Shown: positions 49,378 through 63,307, counted from the stretch's first letter. The stretch is DNA of 64,000 bases from Mobula hypostoma (GCF_963921235.1 NC_086097.1:239508001-239572000); one strand, 5' to 3'. The notes: generated by a model from the sequence alone, not told the origin. Program-made: numbers and translations.

Positions 49378-50765
49378 CTGAGGAGAGCAGTAGAACAGAG
49401 GGATCTGGGAATACAGATACAAAATTCCCTAAAAGTGGTGTCACAGGTAGATAGGATCGTAAAGAAAGCTTCTGGTACATTGGCCTTTATAAATTAAAGT
49501 ATTGAGTATAAGAGTTGGAACGTTATGGTGAGGTTGTATAAGGCATTGGTGAGGCCAAATTTGGAGTATTGTGTGTGGTTTTGGTCACCAAAGTACAGGA
49601 AGGATACTAATAATGTAGAAAGAATGCAGAGAAGGTTTACAAGGATGTTGCTGGGACTTGAGAAACTTAGTTACAGAGAAAGGTTGAATAGGTTAGGACT
49701 TTATTCCCTGGAGCGTAGAAGAATGAGGGGAGATTTGATAGAGATATATAAAATTATGATGGGTATAGATAGAGTGAATGCAAACAGGCTTATTCCACTG
49801 AGGCAAGGGGAGAAAAAAACCAGAGGACATGGGTCAAGGGTGAGGGGGGAAAAGTTTAGAGGGAACAATAGGGGGGGCTTCTTCACACAGAGAGTGGTGG
49901 GAGTGTGGAATGAGCTGCCAGATGAAGGGGTAAATGCGGGCTCACTTTTAACATTTAAGAAAAACTTGGGCAGGTACATGGATGAGAGGTGTATGAAGGG
50001 ATATGGTCCAGGCGCAGGTCGGTGGGACTAGGCAGAAAAATGGTTCGGCACCACCAAGAAGGACCTATACACCAGTCATTGAAAGTGGGCATGCAGGTAC
50101 TGCAGGCGGTGAAAAAGGCGAATGGTATGCTGGCATTTATAGCAAGAGGATTCGAGTACAGGAGCAGGGAGGTACTACTGCAGTTGTACAAGTCCTTGGT
50201 GAGACCACACCTGGAGTATTGTGTGCAGTTTTGGTCCCCTAATCTGAGGAAAGACATCCTTGCCATAGAGGGAGTACAAAGAAGGTTCACCAGATTGATT
50301 CCTGGGATGGCAGGACTTTCATATGAAGAAAGACTGGATGAACTAGGCTTGTACTCGTTGGAATTTAGAAGATTGAGGGGGGATCTGATTGAAACGTATT
50401 AAATCCTAAAGGGATTGGACAGCCTAGATGCAGGAAGATGGTTCCCGATGTTGGGGAAGTCCAGAACGAGGGGTCACAGTTTGAGGATAAAGGCGAAGCC
50501 TTTTAGGACTGAGATTAGGAAAAACTTCTTCACACAGAGAGTGGTGAATCTGTGGAATTCTCTGCCACAGGAAACAGTTGAGGCCAGTTCATTGGCTATA
50601 TTTAAGTTAGATATGGCCCTTGTAGCTAGGGGGATCAGAGGGTATGGAGGGAAGGCTGGTGCAGGGGTCTGAGTTGGATGATCAGCCATGATCATAATAA
50701 ATGGCGGTGCAGGCTCGAAGGGCCGAATGGCCTACTCCTGCACCTACTTTCTATGTTTTCTATGT
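49378..50765 (+). mobile_element. Two tandem CR1 3' ends from different subfamilies (49378-50055; 50066-50765)
   Basis: LVRPNLEYC and LVRPHLEYCVQFWSP ORFs; TTTCTATG tail. Confidence 0.9.
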
Positions 50766-51310
50766 AAAAGGCAGCCCCATCTATCCCCCTTGCAGTCAGG
50801 AGGTGCCAGTCGATATGAGGGAAGTTGAAATCACCCATAACTACAACCCTGTATTTTCTGCACCATTCTAAAATCTGCCTGCTTATCTGCTCCTCGGTGT
50901 CCCGAGGGCTATTTGGGGGTCTATAGACTACTCCCAGCACACTGATTGATCCCTTTCTATTTCTGACTTCCACCCACACTGACTCAGTGGACACTCCCTC
51001 TGCAGCGTCATCCCTTTCTATAGCCGTGATACTATCCCTGACCAGTAATGCTACCCCCCCCCCCCGTTTCTACCTCCCATCCTAGTCCTTTTAAAACACC
51101 TAAACCCCGGTACCTCCATCAGCCAATCCTGCCCTTCCTCCAGCCAAGGTTCAGTAACGGCCACAACATTGTAGTTCCACGTACTGATCCAGTTGCTAAG
51201 TTCATCCCCTTTATTCCTAATACTCCTAGCGCTGAAATAGACACATTTCAATCCCTCTGACTGGCTACTTTTATGTTCAGTCCCCTGCCTGTCCTTCCTC
51301 ACCAACTCAG
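50766..51310 (-). mobile_element. CR1 ORF2 APE endonuclease fragment
   Basis: CVYFSARSIRNK, GVVYRPPNS, VVMGDFNFPHIDW. Confidence 0.9.
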
Positions 51311-51379
51311 AACACGTAGCATCATGCCCTTGTCCTTCTAACCTAATCTCTGCGCTCTACACAATCACTACACTCACAG

Positions 51380-53190
51380 ATGTGCTGACATTGGAGGGGG
51401 GGTCATAGGAGGTTCATGAGAATAATTCTGGGAATGAAAGTGTTAATGTGTGAGGAGTATTTTATGGCTCTGGGCCTGTATTCACTGCAGTTCAGAAGAA
51501 TGAGGGGGAATCTCATTGAAACCAATTGAATATTGAAGTGTGAATGTGGAGAGGATGTTAGGACCAAAGGGAAAACCCTCAAAATTGAGAGATGTCCATT
51601 TAGAATTGAGATGAGGAGCATTTTTTTTAGCTAGACCGTGGTGAAATGTGGAATGCATTGCTGCTGATGGTTGTTGAGACCAAGTCATTGGGTATATTTA
51701 ATGTAGAAGTTGATAGGTTTTTGATTAGTTAGGGTGTGAAAGGTAATGGGGAGAAGACAAGAGAATAGGTTTGAGAGGGGTAATAAATCAGCCGTGATGG
51801 AATGCCGTGAGCAAACTCGATAGGCTGAATGGCCTAATTCTGCTCCTATCGCTATTGGTCTTATCATACTCGACTTGAGTGATTGCCCTGATCTTCCTAT
51901 TATATTCTGGTAATACTCCGATAGTGATTGCATTGGAGCCAAATTTTGTTATCATTATCTTTTACCTCTTTCATTCTCTGTGCTTGCATTATGTTATTAA
52001 TCTCCGCCAGAAATGCTTATCGCTCAGAAAGCATGGTAGGTGATAAGCTGTCCAAGCCCAGGCATTGATCTCCATGAGGCTCCATTTTGAGTTAAATTGC
52101 ATTATCACCAGAAAACAATTGTCAGCAGATTCAAGACTCAGAAATCTGCAACATACAGGGAAAAACTGGCAGCTTCTTCTGAAATACCTAATGCAACATT
52201 TTGATTCAAGTTCAAGTTTATTGACATCCAGCCGTATTCATGCATACCGCCAAATGAAACAGTGTTCCTCTGGAACAAGATACACAACCCAATACATATA
52301 CATAGAACATAGAAAATAGCACAGAAATAGGCCATTGTGCTGAACTAGCTGAAAAGCAAACCAAAAAAACCCAAACACTAATCCCTCCTTCCTAGACCGT
52401 GCAAATATCCCTCCATCTGCTTTACATCCATGTGTCAATCCAAAAACTTAGAAACCTCTAATGCATTTGCCTCTACCATCCAGGCAGCGCATTCCAGGCA
52501 TCCATCACTCTGTGAGTCGAAAACTTACCCTTACCCTCACATGCCCCTTGAACTTCCCCCTCTCACCTTCAATGCATGCCCTCTGGTATTCTTGTATTAG
52601 ACATATCAACTCTGGGAAACAGATATTCTCTGTCCACTCTATCTATGCTTCTCATAATCTTGCAAACCTCTATCAGATCTCCCCTCAGCCTCTGATGCTT
52701 CAGAGAAAACAACCCACGTTTATCCAGCCTCTCCTGATAGCACATGCCCTCTAAACCAGGTAGCACCTGGTAAACCTCTTCTGCAGGCTCTCCAAAGCCT
52801 CAACTTCCTTCCTGTAGTGGGGCAACCAGAACTGCAAGCAGCACTCCAGATGTTCCATAACCAGAGTTTTATAAAGTTACAACATGACCTTTTGGCTTTT
52901 GAACTCAGTGCCTTGACTAATATGTCTTTTTAACCACCTTATTGACCTCTTTTTAGGAGCTGTGAACTTGGATCCTAACATCTGTCTGCCCAGCAACACT
53001 GTTAAGGACGTGGCCCTTAACAGCTTGGTAAGGATACTGTCTCCTCGCCTTTGCCCTACGGAGGTACAACACCTCACATGCATCTGTGTTAAATTCCATC
53101 TCCCATTTCTCAGACCTTATCTGCAACTGATCTATATGGTGCTGTATTCTTTGCCAGTCTTCTACACTATCCATAACTCCACCAATCGAT
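51380..53190. mobile_element. CR1 3' fragments (+ 51380-51865; - 52300-53190)
   Basis: CR1 C-terminal motifs (LPGLEGMCYQERLDKRGLFSL) and tails. Confidence 0.75.
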
Positions 53191-53439
53191 TCACACATAA
53201 CACATAAAGTAAACATACCATGAATTAAGTGCATTCACGGCATAAATTGAGAAGCAAACAGTATGATGCACCTGGTGCTTCAAACGTGATGCAGCCTAAG
53301 TGGTTCAGGGAGTTAAATCGTGTCATAGCCAGGGGAAAGAAGCTGTTTTCCATCCAAAGTAATGAATAAGTAATTTGCATCAGTTTTCACTGTGGAAAAT
53401 ACAAGGTGGATATGTCAAGGGTCACGAAGTGTGTGAAAA

Positions 53440-55975
53440 TACCATAACTAGAGAGAAGGTTCCTGGGAAACTGAAAGGTCTGAAAGTAGACTGTAAGCCT
53501 GTACGCCCCAAGTTCTGAAAGCGGTGGCTGAAGACATTGAGGAGGCATTAGTAATGATCGTGCATGAATCACTAGACTCTGGAGCGGTTCTGGAAGGCTG
53601 TAAAACTGCACATGTTATTCCACTCGCCAAGAAGGGAGAGGGGCAGGAGAAAGGAAACTATAGATCAGTTAGTCTGACTTCAGTGGTTGGGAAGATGTTG
53701 GAGTCGATTATTAAGGATGGCATCTCAGAGTAATTGGGGGCACATGATAAAATAAGACAAGATCTCAAGACAAAGGAGCAGAAGTAAGCCATTCGGCCCG
53801 TCGAGTCTAAAAGGTTGTAATCAGCATGGTTTCCTCCAGAGAAACTCTTGCCTGACAAATCTGTTGGAATTCTTTGAGGAAATACCTTTATGACACAAAG
53901 GTTAAGGGTGTAATGACACAAATATTGGGGGTGTTGTAGATAATGTAGAGAGCTGTCAGAGGTTACAGCGGGACACCGACTGGATGCAAAACTGGTCTGA
54001 TAAGTGGCAGATGGAGTTCAACTCAGATAGGTGTGAGGTGGTTCATTTTGATAGGTCAAATATGATGGCAGAATATAGTATTAATGGTAAGACTCTTGGC
54101 AGAGCGGAAGATCAGGGGGATCTTGGGGTCCGAGTCCATAAGACACTCAAAGGTGCTGCGCAGTTTGACTCTATGGTTAAGAAGGCATACGGTGTATTGA
54201 CCTTCATCAACCATGGGATTGAGTTCAAGAGCTGAGAGGTAATGCTACAGCTATATAGGACCCTGATCAGACCCCACTTGGAGTACTGCTCAGTTCTGGT
54301 CACCTCACTACAGGAAGGATGTGGAAACTATAGAAAGTGTGCAGAGAAGACTTACAAGGATGTTGCCTGGATTGGGGAGCATGCCTTATGTGAATAGGTT
54401 GAGTGAACTTGGCCTTTTCTCCTTGGAACGACGGAGGATGAGAGGTGACCTGATAAAGGTGTATATGAAAGGGATTGATCATGTAGATAGCCAGAGGCTT
54501 TTTCCCAGGGCTGAAATGGCTAGCAGGAGAGGGCACAGTTTTAAGGTGCTTGGAAGTAGCTACTGAAGTGAGGTCAGGGGTAAGTTTTTTACGCAGAGAG
54601 TGGTGAGTGCATAGAATGGACTGCCAGTGACAGTGGTGGAGGCAGATACAATAGGGTTTTTTAAGAGACTCATCGGACAGGAACATGGAGCTTCGAAAAA
54701 TAGGGCTATGAGTAACCCTAGGTAATTTCTAAAGTAAGTACATGTTCAGCACAGCATTGTGGGCTGAAGGGCCTGTATTGAATTCGGTTTTCTATGTTGT
54801 TTGTTCTAAATAACAATCAGAATAGACAAAGGAGAATCGGTTGATGTTGTGTACTTGGATTTTCAGAAGGCCCTTTTCAAGGTGCCAAACATGAGGCTGC
54901 TTAACAAACTACATGCCCATGGTTTTGGAGGAAAGATTAAAGCACGGATAAAGCACAGGCTGATTGGCAGGAAGCAAACAGTGGGAAATATGGGAGTCGT
55001 TTCTGCATGGCTGCCGATGACGAATGGTGTTCTACAGGGGTCTGTGTTGGGACCGATTCTTTTTACATTATGTGTCCGTGATTTGGATGATGGAATTGAT
55101 AGCTTTGTTGAAAATTTTGCAGACAATAAAAAGATAGGTAGAAGGGTGGGTAGTTTTGAGGAAATGGAGAGGTTGCAGAAGGATTTAGACAGATTAGGAG
55201 AATGGGTAAAGAAATGGCAGATGGAATATATTTTCGGGAAGTGTATGATCGTGCATTTTGGAAGAAGAAATGAAAGGGTTAACTATTTTCTAAATGGAGA
55301 GGAAATACAAAAAAAAAACTGAGATGCAAAGAGACTTGGGAGTCCGTGTGCAAGATTCCCTAGAGGTTAATTTGCAGGTTGAGTCTATAGTGAGGAAGGC
55401 AAACATGATGTTAGCTTTCATTCAAGAGGATTAGAATAAAAAAGCAAGGACACAATGTTGAGACTTTAGAAAGTACTGGTGAGGCTTCACGGAGTATTGT
55501 AGGCAGTTTTGGGGCCTTTATCATAGAAAGAATGTGCTGAAACTGGATAGAGTTCCAGGATTAAATGGCTTGTCATATGAAGAGCGTTTGATGGCTCTGG
55601 GTCTGTATTCACTGGAATTCGGAAAAATGAGATGTGACCTCATTGAAACTTATCAAATGGTGAAGGGCCTTGATACAGTGGATGTGGAGACAATATTTAG
55701 TATGATGGGTGAGTTTAAGACCAGATACAGCCTCAGAGTTGAGGGGCATCCTTTTAGAATGTAGATAAAGAGGAATTTATTTAGCCAGAGAGTGGTGAAT
55801 CTGTGGAATTCTTTGCCACAGGCAGCCGGGGAGGTCAAGTGTATATTTATGGCAGTGGTTGAAGATTCTTAATTGGTCAGGAATGAAGAGATACGGGGAG
55901 AAGCCAGGAGATTGGGGCTGAGAGGAAAATTGGATCAGCCGTGATGTAATGGTGAAGCAGACTCGATGGACCAAA
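53440..55975 (+). mobile_element. Degenerate CR1 RT-to-3' end with a second CR1 nested at ~53915-54808
   Basis: NYRSVSLTSVVGKMLESII, YLDFQKA, QGSVLGP, FADN; (TCTTATGG)n tail. Confidence 0.85.
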
Positions 55976-56123
55976 TGGCCTAATTCTGCTCCTATATCTT
56001 ATGGTCTTATGGTCTTCTCCTCCACCAACGGATTTTTGAACAGTCCATGAACACTATCTTACTATATTTTCTCTCTTTTCGCATTAAATATGTTTAATAT
56101 ATTTCTTCTTTACCCTAACCCTA

Positions 56124-56472
56124 CCCTCCTCCAAGAGGATCCCAACCTTGTCAAGGTTTGGAGGCTTCAGTGAGCCAGAGACCCATGTTGGCTGGAGTCA
56201 GGGCTTTATGCTTTGGCTCTTGGTAGGGTCACCTATGCCAAACAGGTCAAAGGGTAGATGACAGACTAAGAGTCCATTGGTCCTCCAGTTTGGGGTTTTA
56301 GCTCAGAGGTAACAACCCTAAAGGGTAAAACAGAATTGTTACAGAAACAGCAGTGAAGAATCTTTCTACATCCGAGCGGGACACTATTCTTGAGTCTCCA
56401 CGTGGGACGTATGACAGGAGTGAAAACCAAGAGGGAGCTACTGACACGGTGAAGTGGCATAACAGGCAGTGA
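56124..56472 (+). mobile_element. Short putative RTE-derived non-autonomous element
   Basis: Flanked by the direct repeat CCTAACCCTA; homologous (inverted) to 62863-63263. Confidence 0.6.
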
Positions 56473-56640
56473 CCTAACCCTAGCCAAATGTAGTTTTTAT
56501 ATTCTGCCCTGTACTGCTGCTGCAAAACAACAGATTTCATGACTATGATTGCACATCGCACATTCAGATGGAGACGTAACATAAGGATTTTTACTCCTCA
56601 TGTATGTGAAGGATTCAAGAAATAAAGTCAATTCAATTCA

Positions 56641-57113
56641 TAGAAACGTAGAAACATAGAAAATAGGTGCAGGAGTAGGCCATTCGGCCCTTCGAGCCTG
56701 CACCGCCATTTATTATGTTCATGGCTGATCCTCCAACTCAGAACCCCGCCCCAGCCTTCCCTCCATACCCCCTGACCCCTGTAGCCACAAGGGCCATATC
56801 TAACTCCCTCTTAAATATAGCCAATGAACTGGCCTCAACAGTTTCCTGTGGCAGAGAATTCCACAGATTCACCACTCTCTGTATGAAGAAATTTTTCCTA
56901 ATCTCGGTCCTAAAAGGCATCCCCTTTATCCTCAAACTGTGACCCCTTGTTCTGGACTTCCCCAACATCGGGAACAATCTTCCTGCATCTAGCCTGTCCA
57001 ATCCCTTTAGGATTTTATACGTTTCAATCAGATCCCCCCTCAATCTTCTAAATTCCAACGAGTACAAGCCCAGTTCATCCAGTCTTTCTTCATATGAAAG
57101 TCCTGCCATCCCA
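56641..57113 (-). mobile_element. CR1 3' end, same subfamily as 50303-50765
   Basis: MAGLSYEERLDELGLYSLEFRRLRGDLIETY identical to the plus-strand copy. Confidence 0.95.
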
Positions 57114-57384
57114 ATGTACCGTTTGTATATCTGTGAAAATAAACATGATTCTGATGCTGATTCTGATATTAATTTTCTGATTTATTAACAGCAATTCATT
57201 TGAACTGGGTCATTAACTTGCTCTATGCTTCAAAAAATTGTATGCTTGGTGCAAAATTGTGAAGTATTAATCTATTATGTTTGGGATCATGTAAATTAAG
57301 ATGTACAATATATTAATTGAATTAATGCATGCATTAATATCTTATCATGACAGGCTTATGAATTTTAAGAATTTCACATGAAGG

Positions 57385-59373
57385 CAAATCGGAAGCTATG
57401 GCTGACAACAGAGGTCCAGAATTGTCAGAGAGATTGTGATGCCGCATTCAGGTTGGGGGATAAGACAGATCTTCGTTCTACAGCTTTCCCAAAATTGATT
57501 ATTCACAGAACACGTACAGCCACTTCTGTGATACCAGAGGCACAAGGTGCATATGGCAGGGCAATCACACCAAAAACGGACCACAAGTCCATCCTGCACA
57601 ACAACAATAATGACACCTGATAGGCTGAATGTCTTTTACACACAGTTTGATACGTAGAATGATATGCCAATGAAAAAGACCCCCTCCTCCCCCAAAATCT
57701 GAGGAGCATGCACTTTGTCTGGCAGGAGCTGATGTGAGGAAAATGTAGACATGGCCAACCAATGTAAAGCTGTGGGGCCTAAAGGCATATCTGAGGGACT
57801 GTGCAGCCCAGCTATCAGAGGACCTAACAGACATCTTCAACATCTCTCCAGAACAGTCTTCTGTCCCCACGAGTTTCACAGTAGCCATCAGCATCCCAGT
57901 GACAGTAATCTGCCTTAACGGCTGCCATCCAGTGACACTGACCTCAACAATAATGAAATGCTTTGTGCAGCTAGTTATGGACCAGATTAAATCCCATCTT
58001 CCTGCTACATTGGACCCTTTCCAGTTTGACTATTGCTCAAATTGGTTGATTGATGATGCCATAGCCTCCAGCCTCCACTCCATCCTGTCCCACCTGGAAA
58101 ATGGTGCCTCATATGCCAGGATGCTCTTTATCAACTTCAGCTTGGTATTCAATAGGATCATTCCTCAGAACCTGATGAGTAAACCATCCTTGGTGGGTCT
58201 CAACACCTCGATCTGTAACTGCATCTTGGACTTCTTGACAGAAAGACCATGGTCAGTCCCCAGGTCTGTGCGCTCAGGCCGTTTCTGTTCACACTGTTAG
58301 CACTTGACTGTATAACCATATAACTACTACAGCACGGAAACAGGCCATCCCGTCCCTTCAAGTCCATGCTGAACTCTTACTCTCACCTAGTCCCATCGAC
58401 CTGCACTCAGCTCATAGCCCTCCATTCCTTTCCTGTCCATATAGCTGTCCAATTTAACTTTAAACGACAACATTGAACCTGCCTCAACCACTTCTGCTGG
58501 AAGCTCGTTCTGAGTAAAGAAGTTCCCCCTCATGTTACCCCTAAACTTTTGCCCTTTAACTCTCAACTCATGTCCTTTTGTTTGAATCTCCCCCACTCTC
58601 AATGGAAAAGCCTATCCGTGTCAACTCTATCTATCCTAGGTCAACAGTAATGCTAGATGCAGTTCAGACTGAATCATGTTCAATGATAACACAACAGTGG
58701 TTGGCCTTATCAACAACGATAACCATGCGGCTCACAGAGAGGAAGTACAGCAGCTGGCAAAATGAAGCGATTGCCACAACTTGAGGCTCACCGTAGACAA
58801 GACTAAAGAGATGATTGTGGAATACAGGAAGGTACAGACTGACAGCTCCCCACTGCAGATAAACGGCTCCTCCATGGAGAGAGTTAGGAGCATGAAGTTT
58901 CCTAGTCCCTCAACACCAACTCTTTAGCCAAGTTTGCCGATGACATAACTGTGGGTTGGCCTCATCAAACAACGATGACAAGATGGCATGCAGAAAGGAG
59001 GTAAAGCTGTTGAATGATGTGGGCACAACACCTGAGTCTCAACAGCACCTCCACTTCCTGAAGAGACCGAGGCAAACAATTCTCCCTGGCCCCTTTCTAA
59101 CCAATTTTTACAGGAGCACCATTGAGAGTGTTCGGACGAGCTGCAACACCGCCTGGTATGGGAAGGCATCTGACCACAAGAACCTACAAATTATTTTGAA
59201 TACTGCTGAGAGGGTCATTGGGATCTCTCTTCCAACCATCCAAGATATGGATGAGGAGTACTGCATATGCAGGGCCCTTAGCATTGTCAATGATCCCTCC
59301 CACCCATCCAACAATCTCTTTGATCCCCTGCCATCAGGTGGAAGGCACTGTAGTATTAGGACAAGGACTGTTA
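57385..59373 (+). mobile_element. Degenerate Rex1/Babar RT region with an antisense CR1 insertion (~58315-58637)
   Basis: PVTLTSTIMKCF, MLFINFS, KFADD, FYRSTIESV motifs. Confidence 0.8.
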
Positions 59374-60710
59374 GACCATAAGACTGCAAAATATAGGGAC
59401 AGAAACAGGCCATTTGGCCCATCAAGCCTGCTCCACCGTTTCATCATGGCTGATTCAATTTTCCTCTCAGCCCCAATTTCACGCCTTCTCCCTGTATCCT
59501 TTCCTGCCCCGACCAATCAAAAATCTATCAACCTCTGCCTTAAATATACATTAAAAATTGGCCTCTACAGCTGCCTGTGGCAAAGAATTCCATAGATTCA
59601 TCACTTACTGGCTAAAGGAATTCTTCTTCCTCATATTCGTTGTAAAAGGACACCCCACTATTCTGAGGCTGTGTCCTCTGGTTTTAGAATCTCCCTCCAT
59701 GGGAAACATCCTCTCCACATCCACTCTATCAGGTTTCAATGAAGGCACCCCTCATTCTTCTAAATTGTAGTGAATACAGGCCAGAGCCATCAAACACTCT
59801 TCATATGACAAGCCATTCAACTTTGGAACTAATTTTGTGATCCTCCTTTGAACCCTTTCCAATTTCAGCACATTCTCTCTGAGATAAGTGGCTCAAACCT
59901 GCTCACAATACTCCAAGTGAGGCCAGTGCTTTATAAAGTTTCAGCATTATATCATTGCTCTTACATTCTGATCCTCCTGAACTGAATGCTAACATCATAT
60001 TTGCTTTCCTCTTCACAGACTCAACCTGCAAATTAACCTTAAAGGAATCCTGCACAAGAACTCCCAAGTCCTTTTCTTTACACCTCAGTAATTTTTCTAT
60101 TTTCTCTCCATTTCTTCTACTAAAGTGCATGATCATATACTTTCTCACACTGTATTCCATCTGGTAGTTATTTTCCCATTCTCCTAATCTGTCTAAGTCT
60201 TTTTGTAGCCTCTCTACTTCTTCAGAACTGCGGAACAGCACTGGCCACTGGCAGTGAAAAAGAGAAGGCTCTCATTTTTCCCACCCTTTGCCTCTTGCCA
60301 ATCAGCCACTGCTTTTTCTGTTCTATAATCTTTACTGTAATAAGTGATGCTATTCCTAAAACATTGAGTGTGTGTGTTTAGGCTTCTGTACGCCTTCCTG
60401 ATGGTAGCAATGAGAAGAGGGCATGCCCTAGATGGGGAGAATCTTTAATGGATGCTGCTTTCTTAAGGCATCATCTTTTGAAGATGTTCTCAATGCTGGG
60501 GAGGCTTCTGCCCATGATGGAGTTAGCTGATCCTTCAACCTCCTTTTCCAGTCCTGTGCATTGGAGCCTCCTTACAGATGGTGATGCAACCAGTCAGAAT
60601 GCCCTCCACCGTACATCTGTAGAAATTTAGTGACACACAAAGTCTCCTGGTATGTCTTCTTCATCGTTGTGCCCAGGATTGATCTCCAGAGATGCTGATG
60701 CCCAGGAACG
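59374..60710 (-). mobile_element. CR1 3' fragment (59374-60340) and Rex1/Babar fragment (60380-60710)
   Basis: LQKDLDRLGEW motif; second part homologous to 4951-5200. Confidence 0.7.
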
Positions 60711-61230
60711 TGAAGCTCTACGCCTACAGAAGACATGCATCTTTCTCTACTTGCTTTGATTTTTGTGTTGTGCATTTATTATGTTTATTATGGTAACTAG
60801 ACATGATTGGAGGCCTGCTAAAAGAAAAGGGAATATAAATTATGTCATTGTGAAGGTAGGGACTGACGGAATTCATATTTTTTGTTGACCGCTCAGTTAC
60901 GCTTAACTTACACTTGGGTTCACTTAAGTTTTGTTGCTTCCAGATTGCACGCTTGCTACTTGCTAATAAAGGATCGAATATATACCTTCAACTTTTGGAA
61001 CAATCATTATTGGAGCTGAGGGCACGTCATACAAGTATTAAAAATCCGTGGGGGTCGCCAGCAGAGGCAATTTGGTTTGGTTAGAATTAGCCACTGCGCA
61101 TCCTTTCTACTGGTGACCCTTTTGGTAGAACTGCTGCGTATTCTAACTCTCCTTCCTGATGTCCACAGTCAATGAGCTTACTGAGATATTTATCAGAGAT
61201 AGTTTCTCTACTGGAAACAAGGGGCAAAGT

Positions 61231-62035
61231 CATGATGGCGCTACACGCTATGCTTGCACCTTTGGAAACAGCTCTATTTCTTTCCTTGATATCTCTTTTT
61301 TTTTTCCTTTTTAAGGTTTCTTTGAAGACCCTGACCTGGAGTTACAATCTGACTTTGGTTCTTTGCAGGAATGGGATCCAGTCTCAAGGACTCACAATCG
61401 GCCGCTTTTTGATATCCCAAGTACACGGCCTGGAAGACAAGTGCACCTTCAGTGTGCCGGATTCTTGTGGCTCTGGAGACGTGCTGATTCTAGGCCAGTG
61501 CCCCTGACTGAGGCGTCACAGGAGAACACGGAACATCGGGAGCAGCAGGTTAGCTGCCGTGGGCTGTGTGTCCAGCGGTCTGAGCTCTCTGGGTGCAGAC
61601 CTCAGAAAAAACGACGCAACAGACTTTTAACATCATAAGTCAGCAAGTTGTTTGTTATGTCTCCCTTGTCGCTGTGAAATGGGGACACCTCTTCCCTTAT
61701 TAGGGAGAGAGAGAGAGCCTATGGTCTTTCAAATTACCAGGTGAACGAGTAGTCTTTGGAGTACTGCAAGTCTGTGTCTTTATTCATACTTCGTTGCACA
61801 CTTGAGTGCTCGGTGGGGGGCACCGATGTCTTTTTGTTGGGGAAGGGAGTGGGGGGTTGCAGCCTTGCTGCTGCTTGTGCATGGGAGGGGGAGCTGGGGG
61901 TCTTTGGGGTTCTAACATTTAACTGGCATTCACTCTTTGGGGCATTTCTCAGTTTTCGTGGATGTTTGTGAAGGAAAAGAATTTGAAGATGTATATTGGG
62001 TACGTTTCTCTGACATTAGATGTACCTTTTGAAAA
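61231..62035 (+). mobile_element. Unclassified non-coding retroposon, followed by a Rex1-like 3' end (~62050-62400)
   Basis: Starts GATGGCG; LINE-like 3' UTR ending near TTTGAA; no ORF recognised. Confidence 0.4.
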
Positions 62036-62862
62036 CTATTGATATGCAGCACACTTAACATCGTCAGTGATCTCTTCAACAATCATTTGACCTCCTACCA
62101 TCAGGCAGGAGGTATCATAGCATTAGTACAAGAACTGTTAGGGTGAGGAAAAGCTTCTTTCCCCACACTATGACATTACTGAACTTCCTACCACCATCCA
62201 GGTCTCCTCATCAGTAGCATTTACTTTTGAAACTTGCTTTGTATATGCACTGCATTGCCTATTAATTTATTTGTGGTTAAGTACTTTACGTGTTATGCTT
62301 GTGAGTTATATGTACTGTGTTCTGCACCTTGGTCTGGAGGGATGATGTTTCATTTGGTGATGCACTTTTGTACGTACAGTTGAATGGCAGTAAACTTGAC
62401 CTTGAACATTGCATTTATGGCAATTACTGATAGTCAGTGCAAGGATGCTGTTGTCTGGCACATCAAAGACAACTATGTGGAGGAGAAGGATGCAAGACAA
62501 AATGAAATAGCCTTTGCTGAGACTGTGATAAACCACATGTCACCCTGGAATCCCAATAAATAAATTGTAAAGCAATGACATTAATTTACATAATTTATAA
62601 GATTAATGCCTAGTAGTTCTAGCCTGAAGACAATGCATAAGGAGTGCAAATTCAATATAAATTGTCAAAAGAGATATTGACTTTTTTTTTCATTAACTGC
62701 TCCAAAAGTTACACAGAACTGGGAAATGATCAAACACTTGGTTAGAAATGTCTTCTTGCTGCCTGATAAATGCAAGAGATTCTACAGATGTGGGAATTCT
62801 TGGGAGACACTTACAAGATGCTGGAGGAATTCAGCAGGTCAGGCAGCATCTATGGTGGGAAA

Positions 62863-63263
62863 TGCTTCTGCATGTTCCACTGCTGGTGTTTAGGGCAGCA
62901 AAGAAGGTCCCCCCATCATGGCTTCCCTCATCATGCTGGTAGCTTTCATTCCATTTTTACTACTGTCAGCCATGCAAGTCCAGAGAGGAGACCAAGGAGT
63001 CTGGTCGCACGCAGATATAGAAGGATTCTTCATTACTGTTTCTGTAACCTTTCTGTTTTATCAGTCAGAGTTGTTTGCCCTGAGCTGAACCCTGAACCTG
63101 GAGGACCAGTGGACCACTCTTAATCTGGCTTCTACCCTTTGACCTGTTTGGCATGGGTGACCCTACAAAGAGCCAAAGCATGAAGCCCCGAATCCAGCCA
63201 GCATATCTCTCCATTGAGGCACACAAGCCTTCAATCCACAACAAGGTTGAGGTCCTCTTGGAG
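62863..63263 (-). mobile_element. Putative RTE-derived element inserted into an antisense Penelope-tail repeat
   Basis: Homologous to 56124-56472; imperfect TSD ATGGTGGGAAATG/ATGGAGGGAAGTG; Penelope tail on both sides. Confidence 0.6.
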
Positions 63264-63307
63264 GATGGAGGGAAGTGAATAGTTGATATTCTGGCTGAGA
63301 CCCTACA

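Noticed and set aside
61055..61072. CTCF-like motif CGCCAGCAGAGGCA
   Set aside because: One base short of the core spacing; a single weak match is not evidence
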